Origin: Okamejei kenojei | Taxonomy: Eukaryota | DNA: 64,000 bases | Assembly (NCBI GenBank): GCA_035221665.1 | Contig: CM069138.1 | Span: 69,750,001 to 69,814,000 of the forward strand | Reading direction: 5' to 3' | Shown: positions 36,625 to 49,408 of the stretch, one piece after another | Numbering within the stretch: the first letter of the stretch is position 1 | Layout: the number at the start of each line of letters is the position of its first letter | Position numbers and translations under genes: made by a program | Notes under the pieces: model-generated | Databases searched by the model: none | What the model was told of the DNA's origin: nothing | What the model saw: the letters and a program-made list of their open reading frames with translations, nothing else

Positions 36625-37100
36625 TGCTCCGGTTTCCTTCTACACTCCAAAGATGTGCAGGATTGTAGGTTAATTGGCTTTGGTAAAATTGTAAAATTGT
36701 CGCTGGTGTGTAGGATAATGCTCGTGTATAAGGAGGTCACTGGTGGGCCAAAAGACCTGTTTCTGTGCTGTATCTCTAAAGTCCAAAGTCTATAGAGTCT
36801 ACTCCGTTTATTAAGAGGAGATACAAAAAGTTTCTTCCCAGCTAGTATCAGGGCAACAGAACCGCCCTCTCACCAGCTGGAGTGTGGTCCTTACCGCCCA
36901 TCTACCACATTGGAGACTTTTGAACTATCTTTAATTGGACGTTATCAGACTTTATCTTGCACTAAATATTGTAGCCTTCACCCTTTACACTGTGTAATTG
37001 TAATTGTAGGCTTTTCTTTGACTGGATAGCACTTACCAGAAAGTTTTCACTGTACCTTGGCACATGTGGACAACAATAATTAAAACTAAACTAAACTAAA
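36625..37100 (+). mobile_element. HE1 SINE 3' half (36625-36790) followed by a Rex/Babar tail (36820-37100)
   Basis: gctccggtttcc...gtaggttaattggc...ctgtatctctaaa; then gtttcttcccagctagtatcaggg...aataattaa(aacta)n. Confidence 0.7.
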
Positions 37101-38329
37101 GTAAAAGATGAATAGCCTGAACTTCAGGGGGGGTTAGTGTACAAGTGATACTTCAGCTGCGTAGACTCTTACTGATTCAGTGGCCAGACCCTGTCCGAGG
37201 TATTGTGCTTTAGGCTGCCTTTGGGTCATTTTTGCACCTCAAGAAAAGAAACAAAATTAATTAAGCTGACTGCAAAGTGGAGGTAAATCGATTCGAGAAG
37301 CAGATTAACCATTCCGTGATGGTATGCAATAATGAGCTAATATTTCTGGCCATTTTATTTGTCTTTCTTATTGCATTAGCTGAATGTGGGCCTAAACGAC
37401 AAATCTACCATTTCACAGCACCATGTCTTGGTGATTTTCTAAGCCACCAACAATATTTCTTAAATCTAATTCAATTGTGAGGTCTGCATGAAATTGAGGA
37501 GGCGTTATTAGTGCGGGTATGTGATAAGATCCAACAGGCGGAACCTGCTACGAATCTGAGCTCATGCCTGGTATCATGCACGTTAATTTATCTGTCAATG
37601 CTTCCACAACTGTGCTTCAACAGCTATTATAGGATTATAAATTCAACACACTGGCATGCAGAGAAAGGCACTATAAACACGACAGGAGAATACAGACAAC
37701 TTTTTAATGACATCCTTTGACCACATCCGTCTAAATCTCTGGGTAGGTTTGGCTTACTCCTCACCAATTATCGTCCTTTAATCACACTTGTAGATTATTA
37801 TGCCGAAAACTCCACAGCTGCAATAAATTAAGCTTTGCCATTCATCAGAAAAATATCCATTGACGCAACTTAGACTGCAAATGTACTAACTAAATGTACT
37901 AAATGTACTAAATGTACTTGCAGAATGAAAATTAGTCTCTTATCCATAGATTCCATTCAGATGGAGAAACGGGTTCTACTTGTTGACTCCAGTCAGAATT
38001 CAAGCTTGTAGACAAATTCATCTCTAATATGACTGTGCATGGTCACCTCCAATGAAAGACAAAACAAATCTATTGTCAACATAAAGATGCTTCTTTCTCA
38101 GTCGTTCTCAGTTTATTTCAGTTGACTCAAAAAAGATTGCTCAACTCAGCAATTGGTGAACCTATGGGATAACCATATTAGACACCATTTTAACTGTTTC
38201 AAATGTTTCGATTTTAATTATTCTCATCAGGCAGAAAGCAAAAAATATTGGCTCAATCTCCCATCCAAAATGTTGTTTCTAACTAAAAGCAGGTGGCCGT
38301 GATAAAATAACCACAGTTGCCAAGCAATC

Positions 38330-39170
38330 GATGGACGATAACATTGGGCTATAGAGCATGGAATATAGAACACTGCAGCAAAAGAACAGGCCTTTCAGCT
38401 CAAAATGTCCATGTCAACCATGATGCCAAGTCCAACTCTTATCTACCTGTGCATAATTCATATCCCTCCATTCTCTGCATATCCATATGCCTATCCAAAG
38501 GTCACAAAAATGCCACTATCGTATCTGCCTCAACCACCAACACTGGGAGCGTGTCTTAGGCACTCACCTCTCTCTCTTTAAAAACATTGCCCCACACAGC
38601 TCTTTTAAACTTTGCCCCTCTCACCTTAAACCTATCCCCTCTAGTATTTGACTTTTCTATCCTGGGAAACAGGATTCGACTGTCTACCTGATTTATACTT
38701 CTCATAGATAGAGTAGATAATGTAATAGATAACAATGAAAGGAGAGATAACCTCTCACAAATCGATTCAATCTTCGTTCATTCATTAAATGATAATCGTA
38801 TTGATATCTTACAGTATTTACTTTTGCTAGGCAAATCAAGCTGAATGTCACATACACACCTACAGTGAGGTACAGGTACAATGAAATCTTAATAGCAGCA
38901 GCAGCATCAGAGTCATAGTGTCATAAAGTCATAGAGCTAGACAATATGGAGACAGACCCTTCGTCTTGTCCAAGCCGACCAAGTTGACATACTGGGCTAA
39001 TTCCATTTGCCTATATTTGGCCAAAAGCCACCTGAACCCTTCCTGCCCATACCTGCACCAGATGTAATTTTAAAAGTCGTAATTGCATCTGCTTCTATAA
39101 CTTCCTCTGGCAGTTCATTCCAGGTTTAGAGTATACCGTGAAAGAAATGGCGCTAAGGTCCCACTTAACA
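38330..39170 (-). mobile_element. Two CR1 3' fragments (38330-38710; 38910-39170)
   Basis: Antisense CR1 3' UTR and C-terminus (ctcaccttaaacctatcccctctag; aacttcctctggcagttcattccag). Confidence 0.7.
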
Positions 39171-40377
39171 GGCACATAGACTCAGACAACACACAAATAT
39201 ATAAATTATACATAAATTACACATACATTTGACAAGATAGTGAAAAGAAAAAAAACTGCAATAAACAAGACATTAATACAAAAGTGCACAATTAGAACAA
39301 ATGCCTTGTAATGTTTCATTCTGTTCATTAATAACTTTGGTTATTATCTGAACGTTAGCCAATAAAATCTGACTACTGTGGACTTTTCAGCCTTTAAGGC
39401 AGTTGGGAAAATATTTTATGGCCATTTCCTTCAACCTTTCGTGTGAAAATTGTAATCCTCTTTCATGCCTTCATTTCAGTTGTAATGTTGCAACTTTTTT
39501 TTGGATCTGCTTGGGGCAAATGCCTCCTTTTTCGAACAGTGGTGAAGAGAATGGGGAGTTCATCCAAACTGTTACATATTCTTCTAGTATCTAGTCACCA
39601 ACAGTGATTGGTTTTGATCATTTAGTCTCCCTATACAACAAAACAGGCTTCCCAGTGAACAGCGCCCACTCTCCTAAATTGAGCCGTTTACTAATTGGAG
39701 CAACTGTTACAACCATCTTTTGTCAGCATATAATGATGTCACACTGCGTGATGCTGCTGGCAAAAATACAGAGGGAAACTATAAAGTCAACATAGGAGGG
39801 CATTTTAATTAGGAGATTTCATAAAGACAGGTTTTTACCAGTGACTAATCAGAAAAGGAGTTTACTGTGTGTTAATGGCTATTCTGCATGCTGGTTGAAG
39901 AAGGAAGATAATTTAAAACACACAAAAACTCCAACATTTCCATGTGGATTCGGCCAGAAGCAAGCGCTGCTCCATGTTGCTGGCTGCATTTGTGTGGAAA
40001 TGCAGGAGCACAGTATGTTTTAAATTATATGTTGTTTCTTTCACAGCATGCAGGATAGACATTGCAATCTGCAGATAAAATGTAGTTAACAATCTCTCCA
40101 TTCTAATTACAGGCTACTCACATTAAGTGGAAAAGAACAAGTACTGCAAAACTCATTTTCAATTTTGTTTGAAATCTATAAATTACAGAATTGTAGAAAT
40201 TACAATTTTATCCTGAGTATGGGTCACATCTTTATTGTTGTGATATTCAATTTTGGAAAGGAGATTGCAATTTATGTACTAACATGATTCGTGCATTTTT
40301 CTATTTGGTTTGTTAATTGCAACTCCTACTGAGGATATGAGGAATGCTCCAGAGATTATGACGGTGTGTTAAGGTAT

Positions 40378-40472
40378 GTAGAACACAATGTGCTGGAGTC
40401 TCTCAAAGGGTCAGGCAGCATCCCTGAAGGACATAGACAGACAATGTTTTGGATTGGGACCCTTCTTCAGGC
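40378..40472 (-). mobile_element. Penelope-derived short repeat
   Basis: Reverse strand gcctgaagaagggtcccaatccaaaacattg...atgctgcctgaccc...ctccagcac. Confidence 0.75.
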
Positions 40473-41149
40473 TTTAGGTGTGTGTTAAGCAGCTTCCTTA
40501 GATTATTTTCATGTTTTCTCTAATATTGTCATAAAAACAATAATATGTATATGCAAGGCTTTTTGCAAAATGTAAACACTTGTGTGGAGCAAAAATACAG
40601 GCATCGATCAATAGGGCAGTAAAGGTGTTCTTGTGCTATGCAGCCTATGTGATCTGCAGACTACTTGTGTCCATCTGCAGAGCCCGATACTCCAGCAGAG
40701 TTCTCTGGTTGTTGATCCCAGGAAATTGGGCAGTCTAGGAGCAAAGTATCATTAGTAATGATGAACTTACTCAGCAAACTCTGTACGATTGTGTGATATC
40801 AAGTCATACCTAACAGATATCAGGCAGAATTTTACTTTAGATTGTGAAACAGAGAAGACCGCACCCCACATTGGAGGGTAATATTTAATTGGAGGGAAAT
40901 GAGAAGAGAAAACTGAAAGTGCTCAGGTAACATGGACTCTGGATATTAATACCTGAAAATTATAGTGGGAAAGGGAAATTGAAGAAGAAGAGGAGTGACA
41001 CAATTCTTAATTTGTGGCCATGAAAGTTTAATGGACAGTGTTGTAGTTAACAGGCTGAATAATACAGTTGGAGTTCAGGATGCAGGATCACAGAAACATT
41101 GGTGCAGAATTAACCAATGATTATCACTGAAATAGGAATAAAATACATT

Positions 41150-41434
41150 TGGTGGTGGCATGGTGGCACAGCGATCCTGACTGCGGGTGCTGTCTGTATG
41201 GAGTTTGTACGTTCTCCCTGTGACTGTGTAGGTTTTCTCTGAGTGCTCCGGTTTCCTCGCACACTCCAAAACCGGTTTGTAGGTTAATTGGCTTCGGTAA
41301 AGTTTGTAAATTGTCCCTAGTGTGTAGGATAGTGCTGGTGGACGGGGATCGCTGGTCGGCGCAGAATCGGTGGGCCAAAGCGACTGTTTCCCTGCCGTAT
41401 CTTTAAAATTAACTAAACTAAACCAAACTAAACT
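41150..41434 (+). mobile_element. HE1/V-SINE-type SINE with internal deletion
   Basis: ggtggcatggtggcacagc..gatcctgactgcgggtgctgtctgtatggagtttgtacgttctccc...(aaact)n. Confidence 0.85.
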
Positions 41435-41579
41435 GATCTAGAAAGTTATTGCAGAAATATTGGAGCCTGGAGTTGAGAAAAAACATCATAAAGTGCAGTG
41501 CAACTGTGGCACTAAGAAGGACTTCTTCAAATAAGAAAGCAGCATTTAAAACTACCTATGATGGAAGCATTGATTTTAG

Positions 41580-42265
41580 GTTCAAGGTCAAGGTCAAGGT
41601 TTCAGGGTCAGTTAATTGTCACATGTACCAATTAAGGTACAGTGAAATTTGAGTTACCATACAGCCATACTAAGTGAAAAGCAACTAGACACACAACCAC
41701 ATAAAAGTTAACATAAACATCCATCACAGTGGATTCCACATTGCTCACTGTGATGGAAGGCAATAAAGTTCAATCTTCTTCCTCGTTGTTCTCCTGCAGT
41801 CAAACCATTTGGAGACAGGGCAAACAAAGCCCTCACGACTGATGAACGAAGCCCCCGTTGCGATGATCGAAACTCCCGCGTCGGGGCAGTTGAAACTCTC
41901 TCCGCGCCATGGAGCTCCGAGTCAGCCTCTTCTTACCAGAGACCGTGGGCTTCACGATGTTAAAGCCCACAAGCTCCTCACTTCGAACACCAGCAAAAGG
42001 ATTGCAAGCTCCGCAATGGTAAAGTCCCGCAGACTCCTGCGGATTGGAGCGCCCGCGGACTCCAGGAAAGGCCACCAACTCCATGATGTTATGCACGATA
42101 TGGAAAAAAATAGCATCTCCATCGAGGTAAGAGATTGAAAAAAAGTTTCCCCCAACCCCCACCCCCCACATAAAACCAACCAAGGAACACTAAAACAAAC
42201 GTTTTAACACATACTAAAAATAACAAAAAGAAGAAAGGACAGACAGACTGTTGGCGAGGCAGTGG
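41580..42265 (-). mobile_element. GC-rich non-coding retro-element, copy B
   Basis: Homology to 16630-17310; hairpin tccatcacagtg/cactgtgatgga; Rex-like tail gtacatgtgacaattaac. Confidence 0.62.
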
Positions 42266-43399
42266 GATGCTCTGGGGCATCTGCATAACAGTGAATGGAC
42301 TGTAACTAATAGTCAAGAAATACTCTTCAGTGCATGTACTGTATGTGCACTGACTCCAGTCAGAACCAATAGAGGGAATTAGATAAATATGTGCTACGAA
42401 GTCTAAGCTGATGACTGTTTGGTATCATGCATGTTTCAATTTGTCTGTCATCGCTTCTCACAAATGTGGTTTAATAATTTGTTACATAATTATAAATCCA
42501 ATATTTCTGGCAGGCAGACAAAGCAGGAGAGATATGAAAGCAAGATTCCAGGCAAGAAATGTGAAAAAATGTCTTGACAAAATGATTAAAAAGTAATTTT
42601 AAATGGATACATAAGTAAAATAGAACAGCTGATTCTTAACGATCTATCCTTTACAATGATCGTATTATTTTACGTCTATGTTTGTCCTAAAGTTACCACT
42701 AGCATTCCCATCACACTGCAAACTTCCCTTACAAACTCTATACACAAAATATGAATACCAAAATCTTTGTACATGTGAAAATATTGACGATGATAAACCA
42801 CAAATATTCTTGAACCAGAAGATGGTTCATTCACCACCAATCTGCTCATTTTTATTTGTATGAGTGAACAAGGCAAGCAAACAATTGTTTTCTAAATCGG
42901 ATTAACAATATGAGGACTGAGACGGAACTTAAAATGAAAGTGAATGAATTCAAAGGAGAATCCGAAAGGTGAATTAGTGGAGAATGAGGAAAAATTAGAA
43001 AGGAAAAACGAGAATAAATATCACATTTTTAATATCTTTAACAATTAAAACCTGAATGAATGAGACTCTATATTTATATTTTCAGTGCAATTTTCAGAGC
43101 TGTAATTAACATTAAACGGATACTTGGATGTGATTACTTTGGCAACCATATTAACCAGGTCAATTAGTGAGTTCCAAGTGTGAGTCTTTGGCAAGATGCC
43201 ATTTTCATGAAACCAGTGATGAAATGACATCATTCCAATGGCAAATTTTGGATTCTGCTTTCAGCAATGGAACTGCCTTAAGTGAAACTACTTCAACATT
43301 TACAAATCGTTCAATAATGGCATGTGCTGTTAACTGCACCACTGTTGTGGCAACATGTTACAGTCCATTCTAAATGTTGCGGGGAGAGAAATGATGGGA

Positions 43400-43590
43400 T
43401 GGTGTGGACAGATATGATAGTGGTATTCAAGAGGTGTTTAGATAGGCACATGGTTTTGCAGGAAATGGAGGGATATAGATCATGTGCAGGCAGATGTGAT
43501 TAGCTTATCCTGACATCATGCTCGGCATAGATGTTGTGCCGAAGGACCTGTTCCTATACCGTACTTTTCTATCTTCTATGTTCTATGATA
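43400..43590 (+). mobile_element. CR1 3' UTR fragment
   Basis: ggtggtgtggacagatatgatagtgg...ggaaatggagggatatag...ttctatgttcta. Confidence 0.7.
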
Positions 43591-44629
43591 GAGAGATTAC
43601 ATAGGAAATAATCAACAACATATATAATATCTCCCGATAATTTTCCACATGATCTACAATTTCACACCAGTCTATAAAAAAAGATTATTTCCAAACCAAT
43701 AATATTGAAATTAGAAATTAATCGTGCATGATGCACTCTGTGCCCTACTTGTAGCAAGCTTATGAGTATTTTATTTGTATGTGCTATCTAATGTCAGTGC
43801 TCATTGAAAACGGTGGCGAGTTGTAGCTGCAGGGAGTCCCTCATTAAGGAAGAGCTGCGGAAAATTCAACGGCAGCAAAGAATTAGTCATGAGTTCTCCA
43901 ACCTGTGGAAAAACAGGGGCTGTGGATTCCCCCTTCAAAAAAAAATGAGCTAGTGAATTGGGAATTGTGCAACCTTATCACCAACATCTGGCTAACATAT
44001 AATGTAGAGATATATGTTTTTATAAAGGGTTATGGGTTGGGACATCAATTGAAAGCATTGTCCCATTGCCTATTGAGCCTGGTCTGATTCCAGTTCAGGC
44101 TAATGTGATGGAATTCCTTGATTTTTTGTAAAGGTCGTCTGTTGAAAAAAAGGTTTGACTAAGTCTAATTCCTAGTGAATGTAATCCCGCAGTGGTGTAC
44201 TAACCATAATTCAGAATTAATCACCATTCAAATTGGCACTTACTTAGAGAAAGCATAAAAATGACTGGCGTGGAAGGTGGAAAAATTCGCACTGATGAAG
44301 TAGGGTTTGCTGTTCTGAGGTTATAGTTAGAGGAACAGTTTGGAGAAGAATACTGTAGAGGGAGCTTTATTATACATCTGGTCACATTATACCTGACCTG
44401 GCAGAACATTATGCCGACTGCAACCGCCAAAAGTGGAAAGTATTCCATTCCTCAGAACTGAAATTCCTCATTTCAATGACCACAAAAATTCACACAAGAC
44501 GACTTAATCAAAATATTATAAATATAATTGGAGTATATATAGATTCTCTTCGGATGTAAAAGTATGGAAAATAATCTTTGCTTCACAGTAACCTCCTCAG
44601 GTAACCTGTGACCCCGAATATTCCTCTCT

Positions 44630-46460
44630 CTATCATTAGTCAAGCCAGGAGATCAATTTTGTTTCTAGGTGAAGTGTAGCTGGAAATCTTAAAACAGTCT
44701 TAAGACAGACTTAAAATTGATGAGGAGCCAGCAAAGAGAAGCAGCAACAGAAGACTACAAGTGGGCTTAACAGCACGACCAAGGGGTTAGGCCGAAGCTC
44801 TGCAGTGCCAGCATGTCTAGTCATAAATGGTGGCGGACAATTAAACAGCCAACGGAAGGAGGAGGCTTCAAGAATGTCCCCAACTCAGCAACATGGACAC
44901 TAAAGACCAGTCTGACGCATTCACAACAATGTTCTGCCAGAAATGGCGAGAGGATGATCCAACTCAGTTTCCTCCTGAGATCCCAGTCAGAATGAAGCCA
45001 GTCTTTTGTCAATTTGATTCACTTCAGCTAATAACAAGGAACAGCTAAGAGGTAATACAATGGGATCAGTGACAGTCCAACAGTGCTGATGGTCTGAGCC
45101 CCAGAACTACTATCTCTGTTAGGTGAGCTATTCCAATAAAATTACCACAGGGGCACCTACTCAACAATGTGGAAAAGTGCCAAGGGATATCCTATTCACA
45201 AAAAAACAGGTTAAATCAGATCCAGCAAATTACCACATGATCAATCTAGTCTAAACAAACAGCAAGGTGATGGAAGCTGTCATTGAGTTTACTATCAAGG
45301 AGCAGTTATTAACCTAATACGCTGCTTTCCAATACCAATCCAAAATAATTTCACTGAACTGTAGATATGTGACAATAAAGAACCATTGAGCGTAGTTTGG
45401 ACTATACCAGGACCACTTATCATGAGACCTCATAGAAAATAGAAACATAGAAAATAGGTGTGGGAGTAGGCCATTCTGCCATTTCTGCACTGCCATTCAA
45501 TATGATTATGGCTGATCATTCCTGCTTTCTCCCCATAACCCATGATTACATTAACCCTTATTCTTAAACTGTGACTCCCGGTTCTGGACTCCCCCAATGT
45601 TGGGAACATTTTTCCTGCGTCTAGCCTGTCCAATCCCTTAAGAATGTTATATGTTTCTATAAGATCCCCTCTCATCACATCGCCTTGGTTCACATAGAGG
45701 GATGAGCAGCATTCCAGAGGTGAAGTGTTAATGACTGCCTTTGACATCAAGGCAGCAGTTGACTAGGTGCAGCATCTAAGCAAGAGTTCTGTTAAAACTG
45801 GCTAGGCAAGAGTGGGGGGAAAGACTCCAATGGTTGGAGCTGTATCTTGCACAAAGGCAACTGGCTGTGGTTGTTGGAGGGCATTCATCTCAGCCTCAGG
45901 ATATCACTGCAAGAGTTCATCTGGGCAGTATCCTGGGTCCAACCATTTGCAGTCACCTTCCTTCCATCGTAAGATCAGAAATGGGGCTAATCACTGATGA
46001 TTATACAATATCCAAGTCCATTCGCAACTCCTTAGCAAATGATCCAGTTCCTTCAAGCAATGAGACCTGGACAAAATCCTGACAAAGGCTCATAAAGGAA
46101 AGTTAATAGTTATGTAGTAAATGTGTTAAACAATGAGTGCATCCAGCAAGGGAGAGTCCTACCATTAATTCAGGAAATTCATTAGCATTAATATCACAGA
46201 GTCTCCCACCATCAACATCCTGCAATTTATCATTGACCAGAAACTCACTTTGAGCAGGTGCAGGAATACAATGGTTGCTAGAACAAGTAGGAGGTTTGAT
46301 ACACTGTGGTGAATAACTAACCTCCTGACGCCATAGGCCGCTCCATCAGCTACAGGGTACCAGTCAGAAGTGTGATGGAAGATCCTTCGCCCCTGGAAAA
46401 ATACGGCTCCAACAACTCAAATTATATTTGACACCATCAGAGACAAAACAGCCTGTTTGG
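44630..46460 (+). mobile_element. Ancient L2/CR1-group LINE ORF2 remnant, interrupted by an antisense CR1 fragment (45431-45675)
   Basis: Degenerate WKSAKGYPIHKK..SDPANY and TAFDIKAAVD*V motifs, plus a GSILGP-like segment. Confidence 0.65.
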
Positions 46461-47754
46461 ATTTGTCCTGAGGGAAAAAAAAATCTCAGTTCCTACATTG
46501 TGCACGCACTTGGGTTTCTTACATTGCTGATGGATTTACCTCCCCAGCAGTAATAGTCCTCTGTTCAAAACTTAACATGAAAAATATACCGAGTTGCACC
46601 CCATAATATCAAGCTACCTAACCGCACGCACTCCACCAATTTCCAACACAACTGTGTATTAATCATCAGACTAATAATTCACGTTTGGGTGGAAAACTGA
46701 TCTCTTAGAGCAAGTTTGTAGCCAACTTTCTCATTGTTGTAGCCAAAATGGTGCCAGGAGCCAGAGGGAGACTATAAAGAAGGTATTGTAGACCTGTTTA
46801 CTATGAGGAAAATGTTACTCAATATCTAAAATACTGGATAACGAAAAAGTAAAAGTAGCGATAAGCTTGATAAAAGTATAAAGGAGGTGAATGTAAAATG
46901 AGAAGGAAAGGGTGGAGGAAGAAATAGCTTTCTTATCATCAGAAGCAATGTTGTAAATGTATTTTTTTTAAAACAGTGCCAAAGCATCACAATAATTCTT
47001 CCTTCCACCATGGAGCAGTGATAGCAATTATTTATATAAGGAAGTTTTATTCCAAACAATTGTGTATTTTTATAATAGAAGCTTTAACATAACATTAGGA
47101 CTATGAAAACAAAAGTTTTTATTGAGTTAAATGATAGAATTGTATCAGATTCAAGATCGACTTGATGCAGCATCATTATTACAGCACTATAATTTACTCC
47201 ACTTGCATGGAGTATTGTTTACAAAGCAGTCTGACTCTATGGAGCCTGGTGTACTCATTGATCACACTCAGTGAACTACGTGTTAAGGTTACAAGGGAAA
47301 AAATGCAGGATCTGACTCATTCACGCCTGTTGTCAGTCTTGCTATTATTTAATATTATCAACTGGGTATGTTTTGTATTTTTCTCACTGCAGCTGATTCA
47401 CCATGATGAATCTGACTGCAGCCCACCAGAAGGAGACAAGACTCATTTACAGTATTTTCTCACTCGTGGTTACTCAGGGAGAAAATACCCCACGGAAATA
47501 TAAAATACTCAGACCCCAGTCATCTGCTTGTTCATATTGGATGCTGTTGCTTGTTGAGACATTGTGGACAAAGCCCTTCAACAGAAGTCTTGTGCTGAAT
47601 CCCTGTGACTATAGAATTCCAGAGAGAGACAGTGATTCACATTTGTGTCTCTAGTCTGGCAAGTTTGCAGCTGAGCTCTAATCATGCTCCAGATTTTTTT
47701 TTAGCATTATTGAGGGGAATTTACACACAAGCTAAAGATGTTTAGGGTATATTT

Positions 47755-48030
47755 ATTGATTGATTGAAAGATAGAGCACAGATATAGCTAGGCTCTTTGG
47801 TCTACCAAGTTCATACCAACCATCGATCACTCTTTCACACTAATTCTACCGTATCCCACTTTCGCATCCACTCCCTACACACTAGGGACAATTTACAGAG
47901 GCCATTTAACCTATGAATCCCACACTTCTTTGGGATGTGGGAGGAAACTGAAACACATGGAGGAAACCCAGGCAGTCACAGGGAGACTGAAAGCACCACA
48001 CAGGCAGCAGCCGAGGTCAGGATCAAACCC
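47755..48030 (-). mobile_element. HE1/V-SINE-type SINE, degenerate
   Basis: ccctacacactagggacaatttacag...ggatgtgggaggaaac...caggatcaaaccc. Confidence 0.75.
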
Positions 48031-48233
48031 AATGTCTCACAGCACCTCTACATTAGTTCACTGTCGCACTTAAAGAGAGTTAGGTGACATTTCTATGGTC
48101 TTCTTTCACAAATGCATGTAAAAATATGATCAGGAATCTTTACTTAATGGGGTTTCCTGAATGTTGAGATGATCAAAAACTAAGGGGTGATGCCAGGGGA
48201 TTGGTTCACACTTAAGAAGGTGACGTGGAACAT

Positions 48234-48332
48234 AAGTCTGAAGAAGGGTCTCGACCCGAAACGTCGCCTATCTCCTTCGCTCCTTAGATGCTGCTGCACC
48301 CGCTGAGTTTCTCCAGCTTTTTGTGTAACCCC
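48234..48332 (+). mobile_element. 99-bp Penelope-derived insertion with intact minimal hammerhead core and 12-bp TSD
   Basis: TSD gacgtggaacat at 48222-48233 and 48333-48344; core ctgaaga-a-gggt(ctcg)accc-gaaac-gtc. Confidence 0.85.
48238..48268 (+). ncRNA. Putative minimal type-I hammerhead ribozyme motif
   Basis: CUGANGA, stem II, GAAA and GUC triplet are present. Stem III is reduced to palindromic ACGU; stem I is only about 2 bp. Activity untested. Confidence 0.55.
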
Positions 48333-48829
48333 GACGTGGAACATTCATTTGAACTGCTGACCTCCATGTGGTGAGAATACCTCTGTAGCACGGATCAATA
48401 TTGAGTGTTGACATTGTGACGTTTGGAAATTGTCAAGCACACCAGCTGTACATTCAGCATAAGAAATCTTCTGCGCACCTCATGATTTTGGGATTAACCA
48501 AGGCAACGTGGGTACAGTGGTTGGTTTACTGTGCCATGTAGAAGCCTAAACCCACACGGGGATTCTCCCTTGCTCACTGGCTGTTCACTCCGTCTCGCCA
48601 ACAGTCGTGAATCTTCACCTTCTTATATTTCCTGAATTTTCTTTATTTTCTTTGTTTCCCTAATAAAGTAATGAGCTGAAAAATTAAGAAATGCTACTGA
48701 TGTCCACAGCGGCAGCATCAGCAGTGACCGCTCCTACACAGCAGTTCTCTGTGGCTACCAGTGCATCCTAATGAACACTACTTTGCACATTGCTCCTTTG
48801 GCCAGGTTGATTCATTGCACCCTGTAAGT

Positions 48830-49275
48830 TCCCTGCTATACAGGGCCCTAGTGAAACAACACCTGGAGTATTGTGTGCAGTTTTGGTCCCCTAATTTGAG
48901 GAAGGACATTCTTGCTAATGAGGGAGTGCAGCGTAGGTTCACAAGGTTAATTCCCGGGAGATATGCTGAGAGAATGGAGCGGCTGGGCTTGTCTACTATG
49001 GAATTTAGAAGGATGTGAGGGGATCTTATTGAAAAATTATTAAGGGTTTGGACATGCTAGAGGCAGGAAACATGTTCACAATGTTGGGGGAGTCCAGAAC
49101 CAGGGGCCACAGTTTAAGAATAAGGGGTAAGACATTTAGAACGAAAATGAGGAAACACTTTTTCACGCAGAGAGTTGTGAGTCTGTGGAATTCTCTGCCT
49201 CAAAGGGCAATGGAGGCCGGTTCTCTGGATACTTTCAAGAAAAAGCTTGATAGGGCTCTTAAAGATAGTGGAGTC
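48830..49275 (+). mobile_element. CR1 ORF2 C-terminal fragment
   Basis: LYRALVKQHLEYCVQFWSPNLRKDI...TRGHSLRIRG...FFTQRVVSLWNSLP. Confidence 0.9.
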
Positions 49276-49408
49276 ACCATCCTTCCAAACGTGGCCAATT
49301 CTGGGAAAAGCACTAATGATGTGTATATGGGCAGCCTCAATACACTTCCAGTCAAAATGACACTTGTATCACCCAAGTCAGAAGCACAATGCAGCACAAT
49401 TGCAGGCA

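Noticed and set aside
41839-41876. ctgatga...cgaaac resembling a hammerhead core
   Set aside because: The intervening sequence does not close a helix II next to GAAA, no convincing helix I/III, and it is antisense to the host repeat and not seen in the sister copies.
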